Below, in pieces: positions 39,979 to 50,337 of a stretch of DNA of 64,000 nucleotides. The first letter of the stretch is position 1; every line of letters starts with the position of its first letter. The position numbers and the translations under genes were made by a program. The notes under the pieces are model-generated. The model was not told the origin of the DNA. It searched no databases and was given only the letters and a program-made list of their open reading frames with translations. Location: the NCBI GenBank assembly GCA_910589015.1, contig CAJUSA010000002.1:120928-184927 (forward strand), read 5' to 3'. The stretch is from an uncultured Christensenellaceae bacterium (GTDB lineage Bacteria; Bacillota; Clostridia; Christensenellales; Borkfalkiaceae).

Positions 39979-39988
39979 GCGAACGGTT

Positions 39989-40204
39989 AAAAATAAAAAA
40001 TACGCCCTCTAATCCTCCCTTTCGGGAAAATTAAGGACGCAAATTCATTTTGCGCGGTTCCACCTTAATTGCCGGAACTGATCCGACCGCTCGCATGCAG
40101 ATTGTATTAAATAAAGCGGTTTCGCCTTCCGTTTCGCCCTGCAAATCTTCCAGCCGCGGATCTGCTCTCTGTAAGGGATATTTCGGCGCTACTTGTCTTT
40201 AAGT
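39989..40204 (-). promoter_or_regulatory. T-box leader (threonine specifier) controlling thrS
   Basis: Sense strand shows AGAGAG and GGCTGGAA Stem-I elements. The specifier region is GCGAAACGGAAGGCGAAACCGC, where ACG and ACC are both Thr codons. The T-box sequence is AATTAAGGTGGAACCGCGC (40052-40070), followed by a terminator helix and a U-run. Confidence 0.85.
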
Positions 40205-40210
40205 GATTTT

Positions 40211-40239
40211 ATTTTATTCCTTTTGCGGCGATTTGTCAA
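40211..40239 (-). promoter_or_regulatory. Promoter of the thrS T-box leader
   Basis: Minus-sense TTGACA (40234-40239, overlapping the ytxC stop), 17-nt spacer, TAAAAT (40211-40216). Confidence 0.5.
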
Positions 40240-40952
40240 GAGAATATCGCGCGTTCGGCGTAATATTTTTGTAAAAAATCGCTCAGTTCGTCGGTAACGT
40301 CGCCAAGACAGTAAACGAACCCCGCATCGGATAATAAAATTTCCGTTTCGATGTCCTCTTCCCCCGTCAGGCGGCTGCGCCGCAGCGGCGCGAAATTCTC
40401 GCCGAATACGACGTTGTCGCGCAGATAAATTTTATTCCGGCTTTCCCCGACGAGGAACTCGCAAAACCTTGTTAAATCGACGGAAGAAAATCCCGAGGGA
40501 ACGTAGCCGATGATCTTATCCCATTTTTCCCGCAGTCTGCCGAGGCGGAAGTTGTAAATACCGTCGATTGCATATTCCGACGATGACGTGATTTTGCGGC
40601 GGATAAAGGCGGCGTCGCCCTCGCAGTCGGCGGCGATGAGCGCGGCGCGAAGTAATTTTCTCTCGCGTTTCGACAAGCTCACCGCAAGCCTTTCTTCCAG
40701 ATATTTATTCTTATATCCCACGCCGAGCACCTCGGCGATTTCACGCTGCAAGGCGCTCTGGACGCGCGCAGAATCTTTATTCAGTTTGATATGCAAGGCG
40801 GCGCGGTCGTCGAAATGCAACAGCGCGCTTCCCTCCGCCCGCAAAACTTCTTCTGCAAGACGGTTATATAAATAGGTAATATACGCGCTATGCGCCTTGT
40901 CGTCGGATACGGTTATTTCTTCCACAAGGTTATTGTATGTGGAATTCGGCAA
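40236..40952 (-). CDS. ytxC: Putative sporulation protein YtxC
   Basis: 238-aa ORF directly upstream of thrS, as in Bacillus ytxC-thrS. The assignment rests mainly on synteny, and the start codon is non-ATG and uncertain. Confidence 0.5.
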   Translation of the reverse strand: MPNSTYNNLVEEITVSDDKAHSAYITYLYNRLAEEVLRAEGSALLHFDDRAALHIKLNKDSARVQSALQREIAEVLGVGYKNKYLEERLAVSLSKRERKLLRAALIAADCEGDAAFIRRKITSSSEYAIDGIYNFRLGRLREKWDKIIGYVPSGFSSVDLTRFCEFLVGESRNKIYLRDNVVFGENFAPLRRSRLTGEEDIETEILLSDAGFVYCLGDVTDELSDFLQKYYAERAIFS

Positions 40953-40967
40953 TTTATTTATAAAAAT

Positions 40968-41225
40968 TCAGAAAAATGAATTTATGATCGAATCTCTTAT
41001 TTCATTTTTTTCACGGCGTCTACCGCCGAATATAAAGTCATGAGTGCCATAAGAGTACCGAATACATGTCCATGCGCAACCGACAACGAACTTTGCATTA
41101 CGGTTACAATAGAATTTACCGTACCGGATGACAACCCCTTCCCCATTTAGCGCCGCCGTTCTTTGTTTTGTAGCAATACGAACGTAATGTTCCTGCCACT
41201 CTTCCAGCCATTTTTGATATTTCAT
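40968..41225 (-). pseudogene. Short ORF whose first ~25 aa resemble the N-terminus of a tyrosine recombinase; possible integrase remnant
   Basis: MKYQKWLEEWQEHYVRIATKQRT resembles the SAM-like N-terminal region of phage-type integrases. The remaining 60 aa are unrelated, and the surroundings are AT-rich. Confidence 0.3.
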
Positions 41226-41327
41226 AAAACGATTCTCCTTATTGTTTTCTATATTTTATCGGATTTGAAGATTTTCCCCAAATTATCCGAAACAAAATTT
41301 ACTTAAAAACAATAACTATTTTTTCGT

Positions 41328-41356
41328 TTGACAATTACCACCATATATAGTAGAAT
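41328..41356 (+). promoter_or_regulatory. leuS promoter
   Basis: TTGACA (41328-41333), 17-nt spacer, TAGAAT (41351-41356). The leader is about 30 nt, so there is no T-box. Confidence 0.55.
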
Positions 41357-41387
41357 ATAGATAAAAAGCGTTGGGAGTGACCACCAA

Positions 41388-43817
41388 ATGGACATGAAAC
41401 AAATCGAAAAAAAATGGCAGGCTCGTTGGGAAAAAAGCAAGAGCAGCCATTTCGACGAAAAGTCGGATAAGCCCAAACACTACGTTTTGGAAATGTTCTC
41501 TTACCCTTCCGGCGCAAAACTGCACATCGGGCACTGGTATAACTACGGCCCTTCCGACAGCTATGCCCGCTTCAAAAAGATGCAGGGTTATAACGTGTTT
41601 CAGCCGATGGGTTTCGACGCGTTCGGGCTGCCCGCCGAGAATTACGCGATCAAGACAGGCGTGCACCCTAAGGATTCGACCGATAAAAACATCGAAACGA
41701 TGGAAGGACAGTTGCGCGCGATGGGCGCGATGTTCGACTGGTCGGCGGAAATCCAGACCTGCCGCGAAGATTATTACAAATGGACGCAATGGATGTTTTT
41801 GCAACTGTACAAAAACAAACTTGCATACCGAAAAGAGGCGCCCGTAAACTGGTGCCCTTCCTGCAATACCGTACTTGCCAACGAACAAGCCGAAGGCGGC
41901 AAATGCGAGCGGTGCGGAACCGAAGTCGTGCGCAAAAATCTAACGCAATGGTTTTTTAAGATCACCGATTATGCCGAAGAACTGCTTTCGGGATTGGATA
42001 CGCTCGACTGGCCCGAAAAAACCAAAAACATGCAGCGCAACTGGATCGGGAAATCGGTGGGCTGCGAAATCGAATTCGCTTGCGAAAACGGCAAGGCGAT
42101 CCGCGTTTACACGACGCGTTGCGATACCGTTTACGGCGTGACCTACGTCGTGCTTGCCCCCGAACACCCCCTCGCGCTCGAACTCACGACCGACGATCGG
42201 CGCGAAGAAGTCGATCAGTATATCGAATATGCGGCAAAAGCGAGCGAAATCGACCGTCTTTCGACCGCACGCGAAAAAACGGGCGTCTTTACGGGCGCGT
42301 ACTGCGTCAACCCCGTGAACGGGCGCAAAATTCCCGTGTATCTTGCCGACTACGTTCTTGCAAGCTACGGCACGGGCGCTGTCATGGCAGTGCCCGCGCA
42401 CGACGAACGCGACTTTGCTTTTGCAACGAAATACAACCTGCCTATCGAGAAAGTTATCGAAAAGCGGGGCGGCGATACGACGATCCCCTTCTGCGACGAC
42501 GGCATCGTGGTCGGTTCGGTACAGTTCGACGGACTGTTCGGCGAAGAGGCGCGTGCGGAAATCGCAAACTATATTTCCAAAATCGGCAAGGGCGGCAAGC
42601 GGATCAATTATCGTTTGCGCGACTGGCTCGTTTCACGCCAGCGTTACTGGGGCGCCCCCATTCCCATGGTGCACTGTCCCGTTTGCGGTACCGTGCCCGT
42701 ACCCGAAAAGAAACTGCCCGTGCGCCTGCCCTACGACGTGGAATTCAAGCCCGACGGAAAATCGCCGCTTGCCAAGCACGAAAAATTCATGCAGACGACC
42801 TGCCCGAAATGCGGCGGCGAAGCACAGCGCGACCCCGATACCCTCGATACCTTTGTCTGTTCGAGCTGGTATTACCTGCGTTATCCCGACGCGCACAACG
42901 AAAAAGCCCCCTTCGATAAAGATAAGATCGACGAAATGCTACCCGTCGATACCTATGTGGGCGGCGCGGAACATGCCTGCATGCATCTGCTTTACGCGCG
43001 GTTCTTCACGAAAGCTCTGCGGGATATGGGTTATCTTTCCTTCGACGAACCCTTCAAACGCCTTGTGCATCAGGGCGTCATTCTCGGGCCGGACGGCAAC
43101 CGCATGAGCAAATCGCACGGCAACGTCGTTTCGCCGGACGATTATGTGGAAACATACGGCTCGGACGCCTTCCGCCTTTATTTAATGTTCGGATTCTCTT
43201 ACACCGAGGGCGGGCCGTGGAACGACGACGGAATCAAGTCGATTGCCAAATTCATGGATCGCGTGGAAAAAACCGTGCTGAAAATCTGCGCCTACCCCAA
43301 CGCCAACGAAAAGCAATACGGCGCGGACGAAAAAGCGCTTGACTATGCGCGGCACGACGCTATCGGACGGATCACGAAAGATTTGGACGCATTCTCGTTC
43401 AACACTGCCGTAGCGCGGCTCATGGAACTCATGAACGCCATGACGAAATACGACGCGCTACCCGAAAAGAACACCGTGCTCTTCAAAGAGACGGCGAAAG
43501 ATTACGTTCGGTTGTTCGCCCCCTTCGCCCCCCACTTCAGCGAAGAACTGTGGCAGCTCATCGGCGGCAAGAACTCGGTATTCGAACAAAGCTATCCGCT
43601 TGCCGACAGTGCAAAACTTGTACAGGACGAAAAGGAATATGCCTTGCAGGTCAATTCGCGCATCGTATGCCGTGCGAACTTCGCGACCGCGCTCTCTGAC
43701 GACGAACTCGTCGCCGCCGCGCTCGCCCTGCCCGCCATGCAAGACCGTCTTGAAGGAAAATCGGTGAAAAAGCATATTATCGTAAAAGACAGACTTATCA
43801 ATTTTATTGTCGGTTGA
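41388..43817 (+). CDS. leuS: Leucine--tRNA ligase
   Basis: HIGH motif (LHIGHWYNY) and KMSKS motif (RMSKSHGN). 809 aa. Confidence 0.95.
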   Translation: MDMKQIEKKWQARWEKSKSSHFDEKSDKPKHYVLEMFSYPSGAKLHIGHWYNYGPSDSYARFKKMQGYNVFQPMGFDAFGLPAENYAIKTGVHPKDSTDKNIETMEGQLRAMGAMFDWSAEIQTCREDYYKWTQWMFLQLYKNKLAYRKEAPVNWCPSCNTVLANEQAEGGKCERCGTEVVRKNLTQWFFKITDYAEELLSGLDTLDWPEKTKNMQRNWIGKSVGCEIEFACENGKAIRVYTTRCDTVYGVTYVVLAPEHPLALELTTDDRREEVDQYIEYAAKASEIDRLSTAREKTGVFTGAYCVNPVNGRKIPVYLADYVLASYGTGAVMAVPAHDERDFAFATKYNLPIEKVIEKRGGDTTIPFCDDGIVVGSVQFDGLFGEEARAEIANYISKIGKGGKRINYRLRDWLVSRQRYWGAPIPMVHCPVCGTVPVPEKKLPVRLPYDVEFKPDGKSPLAKHEKFMQTTCPKCGGEAQRDPDTLDTFVCSSWYYLRYPDAHNEKAPFDKDKIDEMLPVDTYVGGAEHACMHLLYARFFTKALRDMGYLSFDEPFKRLVHQGVILGPDGNRMSKSHGNVVSPDDYVETYGSDAFRLYLMFGFSYTEGGPWNDDGIKSIAKFMDRVEKTVLKICAYPNANEKQYGADEKALDYARHDAIGRITKDLDAFSFNTAVARLMELMNAMTKYDALPEKNTVLFKETAKDYVRLFAPFAPHFSEELWQLIGGKNSVFEQSYPLADSAKLVQDEKEYALQVNSRIVCRANFATALSDDELVAAALALPAMQDRLEGKSVKKHIIVKDRLINFIVG

Positions 43818-43832
43818 TCCCAACACAAGATA

Positions 43833-43860
43833 AATCCCGTGCCAAGCACGGGATTTTTTT
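43833..43860 (+). terminator. leuS intrinsic terminator
   Basis: Stem AATCCCGTGC / GCACGGGATT followed by a T-run. Confidence 0.75.
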
Positions 43861-43872
43861 ATGCGAAAAGAC

Positions 43873-43921
43873 TTGACTTTTCCGCCCTGTTTTCTTATAA
43901 TAAAACATGTGTTGCAAAACA
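43873..43921 (+). promoter_or_regulatory. Promoter and candidate operator of the TetR-ABC operon
   Basis: TTGACT (43873-43878), 17-nt spacer, TATAAT (43896-43901). A near-palindrome TGTGTTGCAAAACA (43908-43921) follows. Confidence 0.45.
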
Positions 43922-43943
43922 AATGTTGCGATAAGGAGAACGT

Positions 43944-44522
43944 ATGCCGCCCAAAGCCAAATTTACCAAAGAAGAAATGATTCAAGCCGCAATATCAATT
44001 GTTGAGCGCGACGGTTCCGACGCGCTCACGGCGCGCTCGCTTGCGGGCGCGCTCGGCAGCTCCGCCCGCCCGATTTTTACGGTATTTTCGGGCATGAACG
44101 AAGTAAACGACGCCGTTTGCGCCTATGCAAACGCCGTTTACGGGGATTATGTACGCAACGGATTGCGCGAAGAAAAAGCCTTCCGCGGCGTCGGAAAAGC
44201 CTATATCCGGTTTGCCGCCGAGCGTCCGCGGCTCTTTCAATTGCTCTTCATGCGGGAACAAAACAAACTGTCCGACCAAAGCAGTATTCTCGTCGGCATC
44301 GAGGAACATTATCGGGAAATCCTGCATTCGATCACGGAAGAATACGGCGTAGACGAGAACACGGCAACTTCGCTCTATTTCCATATTTGGGTTTATTCGC
44401 ACGGGCTTGCCGTGCTGATCGCCACACGCATGTGCACTTTTTCTGCGGAAGACATCACAAAAAACATTACGGAAGTATTCCGCGCGTTGGTCAAAAAAGT
44501 CAAAACCGAGGGAACGTTATGA
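43944..44522 (+). CDS. TetR/AcrR-family transcriptional regulator
   Basis: N-terminal HTH (FTKEEMIQAAISIVERDGSDALTARSLAGALGSSARPIFTVF). 192 aa. Confidence 0.85.
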   Translation: MPPKAKFTKEEMIQAAISIVERDGSDALTARSLAGALGSSARPIFTVFSGMNEVNDAVCAYANAVYGDYVRNGLREEKAFRGVGKAYIRFAAERPRLFQLLFMREQNKLSDQSSILVGIEEHYREILHSITEEYGVDENTATSLYFHIWVYSHGLAVLIATRMCTFSAEDITKNITEVFRALVKKVKTEGTL

Positions 44523-45199
44523 TTCAGGCAAAAGACGTTACAAAGAGTTACAACGGTACGCAGGTTCTGCGGGGAATTTCGCTCGACGTTGCAGACGGCG
44601 ACTTTACCGTCGTGCTCGGCGCGTCGGGTTCGGGAAAGTCTACCCTCTTGAACGTGCTCTCGGGCTTAGAGCGCGCCGACGGCGGCAGCGTCGATTACGA
44701 CGGCATAAGGCTAAATGCTCTCAACGACAAACAGCTGACCGCGTTCCGCAAGCGGGAAGTTGCATTTATCTTTCAACTGTATTATCTTCTGCCCCACCTT
44801 TCTGTAAAAAACAACGTAAAATTAGGCGCGGCACTTGCCCAAAACGGCGATTATGAAAGTATTCTTGCCGCCGTGGGACTGAGCGACAAGGCAAACGCCA
44901 ACCCCTCGACCCTCTCGGGCGGCGAACAGCAACGCGTCTGTATCGCCCGCGCGCTCGCCAAGCAGCCGAAAACGCTGTTCCTGGACGAACCGACGGGCGC
45001 GCTCGACGAACAAACGGGGCGCGAGATCCTCGATTATATCATTCGCCTGCAACAGGAACGCCGCTTTACGATGATCATGGTGACGCACAACCGCAACATT
45101 GCCGAAACGGCGAACACCGTCATAACCATGAACAGCGGAAGAATCGTCGGACTTTCGCGCAACGACGCGCCGAAAAGCGCCTTCGATATCGGGTGGTGA
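44519..45199 (+). CDS. ABC transporter ATP-binding protein (MacB/LolD-like)
   Basis: Walker [10 protein letters not shown], signature LSGGEQQR, Walker [12 protein letters not shown]. The ATG overlaps the TetR stop (ATGA). Confidence 0.9.
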   Translation: MIQAKDVTKSYNGTQVLRGISLDVADGDFTVVLGASGSGKSTLLNVLSGLERADGGSVDYDGIRLNALNDKQLTAFRKREVAFIFQLYYLLPHLSVKNNVKLGAALAQNGDYESILAAVGLSDKANANPSTLSGGEQQRVCIARALAKQPKTLFLDEPTGALDEQTGREILDYIIRLQQERRFTMIMVTHNRNIAETANTVITMNSGRIVGLSRNDAPKSAFDIGW

Positions 45200-46344
45200 G
45201 TATGGTTGTCGGTATCAAAGACGGCGCGAAACTCTTCGGCATTGCAATCGTTTGCTTCTGCGCCGTGTTCGTTTGTACGTTTATGCTCAACTTTTACCTC
45301 GACGTTACACCGTTGCGCGATACGGTAAGCGAAGAACTGCTGCCCCTGTTCGAAGCGCAGCTTTCCATGGCGCAATTCTGCTCGGCGATCACGGGCGGCG
45401 TGTTATCGCTCACGGCCGCCGTCATGTTGCTCTTCTACCTGCGGCTGTATATCGACGCGCATTCCGCTCAGTTGGGCGTATTAAAAGCGCTCGGGTACGA
45501 CCGCGCGCGCATTTGCCTCGGTTTTTGGGTATTCGGGCTGAGCGCGTTCGTCGGCTGCGCCGCAGGATTTTGCGGCGGCTGGGCGGTCATGCGATTTATT
45601 TACGACTCTTTGACGATCGAAGGCATGGGGACGATCGCGCCGCACTTCCACGCAGAATTGCTCTTTGCGCTCGTGCTCGCGCCGAGCGTCCTGTTTTCGG
45701 CGCTTGCTTGCGTCTATCCCTATTTCGTACTGCGCCGCCCGCCCTTGGAACTCATACGCGGCAACGAAAAACAGCCGAAAAAAGAAAAGCCTCTTCCGCA
45801 AAGTAAAAAAGACCGCCCTTTTCTGCAAGAAATGTGTCTCTCTTCGCTAAGAAGCAAAAAATTGCTCGCGTTTTTCGCCTCGTTTTCCTCTTTCTGTTTT
45901 GCCGCCATGACGCAAATGGGGTTATCCATGGAAGAGTTGACAAACGCCGCCATGAGCTACATGATCCTTGCGATCGGGCTGGTGCTCGCCGCCGTAACCG
46001 CAATCTTATGCGTTGCCGCCCTGCTGCGCGCCAACCGAAAAAATATCGCGCTCATGAAGGCATTCGGGTATTCGCTGAAAGATTGCGCCCTTTCGGTGCT
46101 GGGCGGGTATCTTCCCTGCGCCCTCGTCGGATTTGCCGTCGGCACCCTCTATCAGTACGGACTGCTCGTCCTGATGGTGAACGTTGTGTTCGCCGGCGTG
46201 GAAAGCACGCCAACCTATTCCTTCGACGTCCCTGTATTTTTCATCACGCTCGCCGTTTTTCTCGTAAGCTATTTTCTGCTCGCCCTGTCGTTCATATACA
46301 AAATCAACAAAGTGCCCGTGAAAGAAATCATGCTCGAAGAATAA
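45193..46344 (+). CDS. ABC transporter permease (FtsX-like)
   Basis: Multi-TM protein following the ATPase. The start is ambiguous (GTG at 45193 or ATG at 45202). Confidence 0.8.
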   Translation: MVSMVVGIKDGAKLFGIAIVCFCAVFVCTFMLNFYLDVTPLRDTVSEELLPLFEAQLSMAQFCSAITGGVLSLTAAVMLLFYLRLYIDAHSAQLGVLKALGYDRARICLGFWVFGLSAFVGCAAGFCGGWAVMRFIYDSLTIEGMGTIAPHFHAELLFALVLAPSVLFSALACVYPYFVLRRPPLELIRGNEKQPKKEKPLPQSKKDRPFLQEMCLSSLRSKKLLAFFASFSSFCFAAMTQMGLSMEELTNAAMSYMILAIGLVLAAVTAILCVAALLRANRKNIALMKAFGYSLKDCALSVLGGYLPCALVGFAVGTLYQYGLLVLMVNVVFAGVESTPTYSFDVPVFFITLAVFLVSYFLLALSFIYKINKVPVKEIMLEE

Positions 46345-46355
46345 AAAAATCCCCG

Positions 46356-47219
46356 TTAAAGCGGGGATTTTTCTTTGCCGTAAATTTGATCGACGATATA
46401 CTCTGCATAGATTTTAGCGACGTTCACGCCCGTTACGCGCTCCGCCGCGGCGAAAAACGCGTTGGAATTGACTTCGCACACGAGAAATCCGTCTTTCCCG
46501 AACAGCAAGTCGATGCCGCAATAGTCAAGCCCGAGCCGCCGCGCAACGCCCTCGCAGAGCGATGCCGTTTTCCGATCGAGCGGAAATTTTTCACCCGTAC
46601 CGCCCGCCGCAACGTTGGATAAAAAACCCTGCCCTGTCCTTTTCATGGCGCAACGCGCCCTGCCGCCGATCACGATCACGCGCACGTCTTTTCCGTAACT
46701 CGTTGCGATAAATTTCTGAAACAAGTGTGGTTTTGTCTGCAATTTATTACAAACGTCCTGCAATTGCGCCCTATTTTCAATAAAAAACACCCCTTTGCCG
46801 AGCGAACCGAAGCATTCCTTTACAACAAGCGGATACCCCAGCGTTTGTTCCGCACATGCAAGCAACTTATCGCTCACGGGCTCTTCGGGCGTATAACATA
46901 ACGGCGCCGAAAGCGTTTCGGGCACGGGAAAACCCTGCAACGCAAGACAGGTCAACATTTTATCGTCGCATGTTTCGATTGCCGCCGCGCGGTTAAACAA
47001 GCGCAGACCCTGCGCTTCAAGCCGCCGCGCGCAATATTTATCCTTATCCAAATAAATGCAAAAATCATAATCCGCGCGCGAATCGGCGCATACGTTGCGC
47101 ACGACGTCGACCGAAACATTTAACTTTTCCAACTCTTCGCGCAGACGGCGCGGCTGATACAGTTCGCTTTCCGCCTGCGTGTAAGCGTTGATCGCAATCA
47201 TTCCTTTCAAACTCTTCAC
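46356..47219 (-). CDS. ATP-grasp enzyme (RimK-like ligase family)
   Basis: ATP-grasp pattern: GYPLVVKECFGSLGKGVFFI, DVRVIVIGG, VCEVNSNAFF. Confidence 0.7.
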   Translation of the reverse strand: MKSLKGMIAINAYTQAESELYQPRRLREELEKLNVSVDVVRNVCADSRADYDFCIYLDKDKYCARRLEAQGLRLFNRAAAIETCDDKMLTCLALQGFPVPETLSAPLCYTPEEPVSDKLLACAEQTLGYPLVVKECFGSLGKGVFFIENRAQLQDVCNKLQTKPHLFQKFIATSYGKDVRVIVIGGRARCAMKRTGQGFLSNVAAGGTGEKFPLDRKTASLCEGVARRLGLDYCGIDLLFGKDGFLVCEVNSNAFFAAAERVTGVNVAKIYAEYIVDQIYGKEKSPL

Positions 47220-47230
47220 CGTTATAATAC

Positions 47231-47262
47231 AAAAGCGGGAACGATTGTTCCCGCCCCGAATT
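47231..47262 (-). terminator. hom intrinsic terminator
   Basis: Minus-sense GCGGGAAC-aatc-GTTCCCGC followed by UUUUGUAUU. Confidence 0.7.
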
Positions 47263-47267
47263 TTCTT

Positions 47268-48548
47268 TTACGATACGACGCGCAAAACCCGTTCAACGGA
47301 AGCCACTTCCAACGCATTGATTTTGGATACCGCGTTATGAATGGCGGTTTCGTGCGTTTCGTGCGTGACGAGCGTGATGGTCGCACGATCGTTCTCGTCG
47401 CTCACCTTCTGCAACACCTCGTCGAGCGAGATGTTGTTTGAACCGAGAATGGAAGTGATCTTGGCAAACACACCCGTTTTATCGGTTGCAGAAATACGCA
47501 GATAATATGCGCTGCGGTAATCCTTGGCGAACTTGACGCCCTTTTCGGCTTTCTCTTCGTTCTTAAAGGTGGAATATTTGTTTTCTGCATGCGTCGCGGC
47601 GAAAATAACGTCGCTTACAATAGCGCTGCCCGTCGGAAGCGCGCCCGCGCCTCTGCCGTAAAGCATGACGTCGTCCACGCTGTCGCCCGTGATATAAACG
47701 GCGTTGAAACTGTCGTTCACGGCGGCAAGCGGATGGTCGGCTTTGACGAAAGTCGGATGTACGCGCACTTCAATGCCGTCTTTGGTCTGTTTGCCGATCG
47801 CAAGCAGTTTAATGCAGTAACCGAGTTTCTTGCCGTCGGCAATATCTTCCTGCGTTACGGACGAAATTCCTTCGCGCGAAACTTCCGAAAGCGGCACTTT
47901 AGTGTGGAAGGCGAGCGAAGAGAGAATGGAAAGCTTATAAGCGGCATCATATCCTTCCACGTCGGAAGTGGGATCCGCCTCGGCATAACCCAGACGCTGC
48001 GCCTCTTTGAGCGCGGATTCATACGACTCGCCCCCGTTCGACATCTTCGTGAGGATATAGTTAGTCGTACCGTTGATGATACCCATCATCGACGTAATGT
48101 GATTTGCCTGCACGCCGTCGAGCAGCGTGCGAATAATGGGCACGCCGCCCACACAACTCGCCTCGAAATAAAGCCCCGCATTGTGCGCCTTTGCTGCGTG
48201 TTCGAGCTCGTGCGAATACTTGCAGACCAGTTCTTTATTGGAAGTAACGACGGTTTTTCCCGCGTTAAGCGCGGCAAGCACGAATTCTCTTGCAACACCG
48301 ACGCCGCCGATCACTTCCACAACGATATTGACGTCGGGATTCGTGACAACTTCCGCTATGTTGGAAGCAATTTTTTCTTCGGGAATACCGAGCGCGAGCG
48401 CGCGTTCGCGGTTGATTTCAAGCACGTTTTCAACCGAAATATCCACGCCCTGCGTTTTTTGATAAAACTCTCTGTGCTCGGTGAGGATATGATACGTTCC
48501 CCCGCCGACTACGCCCAGCCCTAAAATTGCTAAACCGACCTTTTTCAT
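47268..48548 (-). CDS. hom: Homoserine dehydrogenase
   Basis: Rossmann motif LAILGLGVVGGG and a C-terminal ACT-like domain. The start at 48548 has the SD GGAAGGAGA. Confidence 0.9.
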   Translation of the reverse strand: MKKVGLAILGLGVVGGGTYHILTEHREFYQKTQGVDISVENVLEINRERALALGIPEEKIASNIAEVVTNPDVNIVVEVIGGVGVAREFVLAALNAGKTVVTSNKELVCKYSHELEHAAKAHNAGLYFEASCVGGVPIIRTLLDGVQANHITSMMGIINGTTNYILTKMSNGGESYESALKEAQRLGYAEADPTSDVEGYDAAYKLSILSSLAFHTKVPLSEVSREGISSVTQEDIADGKKLGYCIKLLAIGKQTKDGIEVRVHPTFVKADHPLAAVNDSFNAVYITGDSVDDVMLYGRGAGALPTGSAIVSDVIFAATHAENKYSTFKNEEKAEKGVKFAKDYRSAYYLRISATDKTGVFAKITSILGSNNISLDEVLQKVSDENDRATITLVTHETHETAIHNAVSKINALEVASVERVLRVVS

Positions 48549-48581
48549 GTTTATCTCCTTCCCGACGCGCAAAGCATTTGT

Positions 48582-49367
48582 TTATGCCTGCTCAGCCGCA
48601 TTCAAATCATACAAATATTTCAAACCGTCTAACGTCAACAGTTTATCGATCACGTCGATACAGCGCGTTTCGCGCGCGATCGTTTCGGAAAAACCGCCCG
48701 TCGCAACCGTGGTGAGTTCGACCGTTCCGAGTTCCTTTTTAATGCGCTTGACGATATATTCCACCAATCCCACAAAGCCGAACACGATGCCCGCCTGCAT
48801 GTTGGTTACGGTATTCGTCGCAATGACGCTCTTGGGCGCCTCGATTTCCACACGGGGCAGTTTTGCCGTGCCGCTCACCAGCGAATCGAGCGAACCGCGG
48901 ATACCCGGCGCAATGACGCCGCCGATGAATTCGCCCTTGTCGTTAATGATGTTAAAGGTCGTCGCCGTGCCGAAATCAATGACGACGAGTGGCGCGCCCT
49001 TGAAATACTTTTTAATGGCGGAAACGTTGTTAACGATGCGATCCGCCCCCACTTCGCGCGCGTTGTCCGCCCGCATCTTCAAGCCCGTTTTCAGCCCCGG
49101 TTCTATTTTATAAGGTTTCACGCCCAAATATACTTTGAGCATGTGTTCGATCGTATAATCGAGCGACGGCACGACGGAAGAAAAAATTCCGCCCGTGATC
49201 TCGCCCTTTTGTACACCGTTTGTTGACAGCATGGCAGAAAGCGTGGCGCCGTATTCATCGGAAGTCCGTTTTAAGTCGGTTGCAACGCGAAACGAGAACT
49301 TCAGCCCCTCGTCGCTATAAACCGCATATTTAACGTTGGTATTGCCGATATCGATGCAAATGATCAT
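48582..49367 (-). CDS. coaX: Type III pantothenate kinase
   Basis: MIICIDIGNTNVKYAVY is the canonical CoaX N-terminus. 261 aa. Confidence 0.9.
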   Translation of the reverse strand: MIICIDIGNTNVKYAVYSDEGLKFSFRVATDLKRTSDEYGATLSAMLSTNGVQKGEITGGIFSSVVPSLDYTIEHMLKVYLGVKPYKIEPGLKTGLKMRADNAREVGADRIVNNVSAIKKYFKGAPLVVIDFGTATTFNIINDKGEFIGGVIAPGIRGSLDSLVSGTAKLPRVEIEAPKSVIATNTVTNMQAGIVFGFVGLVEYIVKRIKKELGTVELTTVATGGFSETIARETRCIDVIDKLLTLDGLKYLYDLNAAEQA

Positions 49368-50083
49368 GATTTCTTTTCCTGTTCCGCCTGTTCGGGCTGA
49401 GGGTTTTCCGCCGCTTTTTCTTCTTCGCTTTGATCAGGCAACGCGACCGCTTTTTTCTTTTTCCCGATCTGTTTTTCCACGACAATCACCACGCGGTGGA
49501 TAGCGGGTGCCAGAACGACATTAATTGCAAATTCAACAATAAAATTAACCCCGGCACAACCAACAAACAAATAATACGGAACTGCTACCGTCGCTTCCAT
49601 CCAACCATTGGAAACGGCATATTCCATCCAACCAGTTAACGTGCCGCTAATAATAAGGCATCCCAAAATAAAGATACCCGTATTTATTATTGGCGTTAAA
49701 AGAGCAGCCACAACTACGGCAATCAAGGTATTCTTTTTCGCAATCAACTTATATATCAGAGCCGGAATAATGCCCGCAAGAACACCTTTCACCAAACAGA
49801 TCAAAACCGTCATTACAGGCGAGTTTGTTAATAAATAGCCCGTAAATGGATCCGCGCCGGAAACGCCATACATCAAGACGATAAATCCAAATATAAAACC
49901 CAACAATCCACCCGCGAGCGGACCGAGCAAAATTCCACCAAGCACGATGGGAACGAGAACAAAACTCAAACTCGTTCCGCCGATTTTGATGAAACCGCCA
50001 CAACACTGCAACACTACGACGAGTGCAAGAAGCACCGCAAAGTAGGCGATGTTCTTAGCCGAAAAGAACTTCTTCTTTTCCAT
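49364..50083 (-). CDS. ECF-transporter S component (possibly pantothenate-specific, PanT-like)
   Basis: Six-TM small membrane protein that overlaps coaX by 4 nt. The substrate is inferred only from this linkage. Confidence 0.65.
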   Translation of the reverse strand: MEKKKFFSAKNIAYFAVLLALVVVLQCCGGFIKIGGTSLSFVLVPIVLGGILLGPLAGGLLGFIFGFIVLMYGVSGADPFTGYLLTNSPVMTVLICLVKGVLAGIIPALIYKLIAKKNTLIAVVVAALLTPIINTGIFILGCLIISGTLTGWMEYAVSNGWMEATVAVPYYLFVGCAGVNFIVEFAINVVLAPAIHRVVIVVEKQIGKKKKAVALPDQSEEEKAAENPQPEQAEQEKKS

Positions 50084-50337
50084 ATTAAATTACCTCCATC
50101 GGATTCGCTTTCCGCGATATCCGTAGACAAAAATAAGTATTTGACCGGCGCCATTCAAGATGAAACCGTTGCCGTATTTCTCTTAAAACGCTCGACCTTT
50201 CTTTATTATAGCAAAAGCAAACTCATTTTGCAACTAAATGACAGGAACATTTTTTGCTTGCCGATACATAATATTTTATAGATAACCGTCAGAGAAACAA
50301 ACTTTACATACTCTGCGGCGAACAAGGAGGAAAAACT

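Noticed and set aside
44117-44518. Upstream extension of the ABC ATPase ORF (ORF-track start at 44117).
   Set aside because: The extension overlaps the whole TetR gene in another frame and translates to Arg-rich nonsense. The ATPase homology starts at MIQAKDV (44519), with ATGA coupling to the TetR stop.
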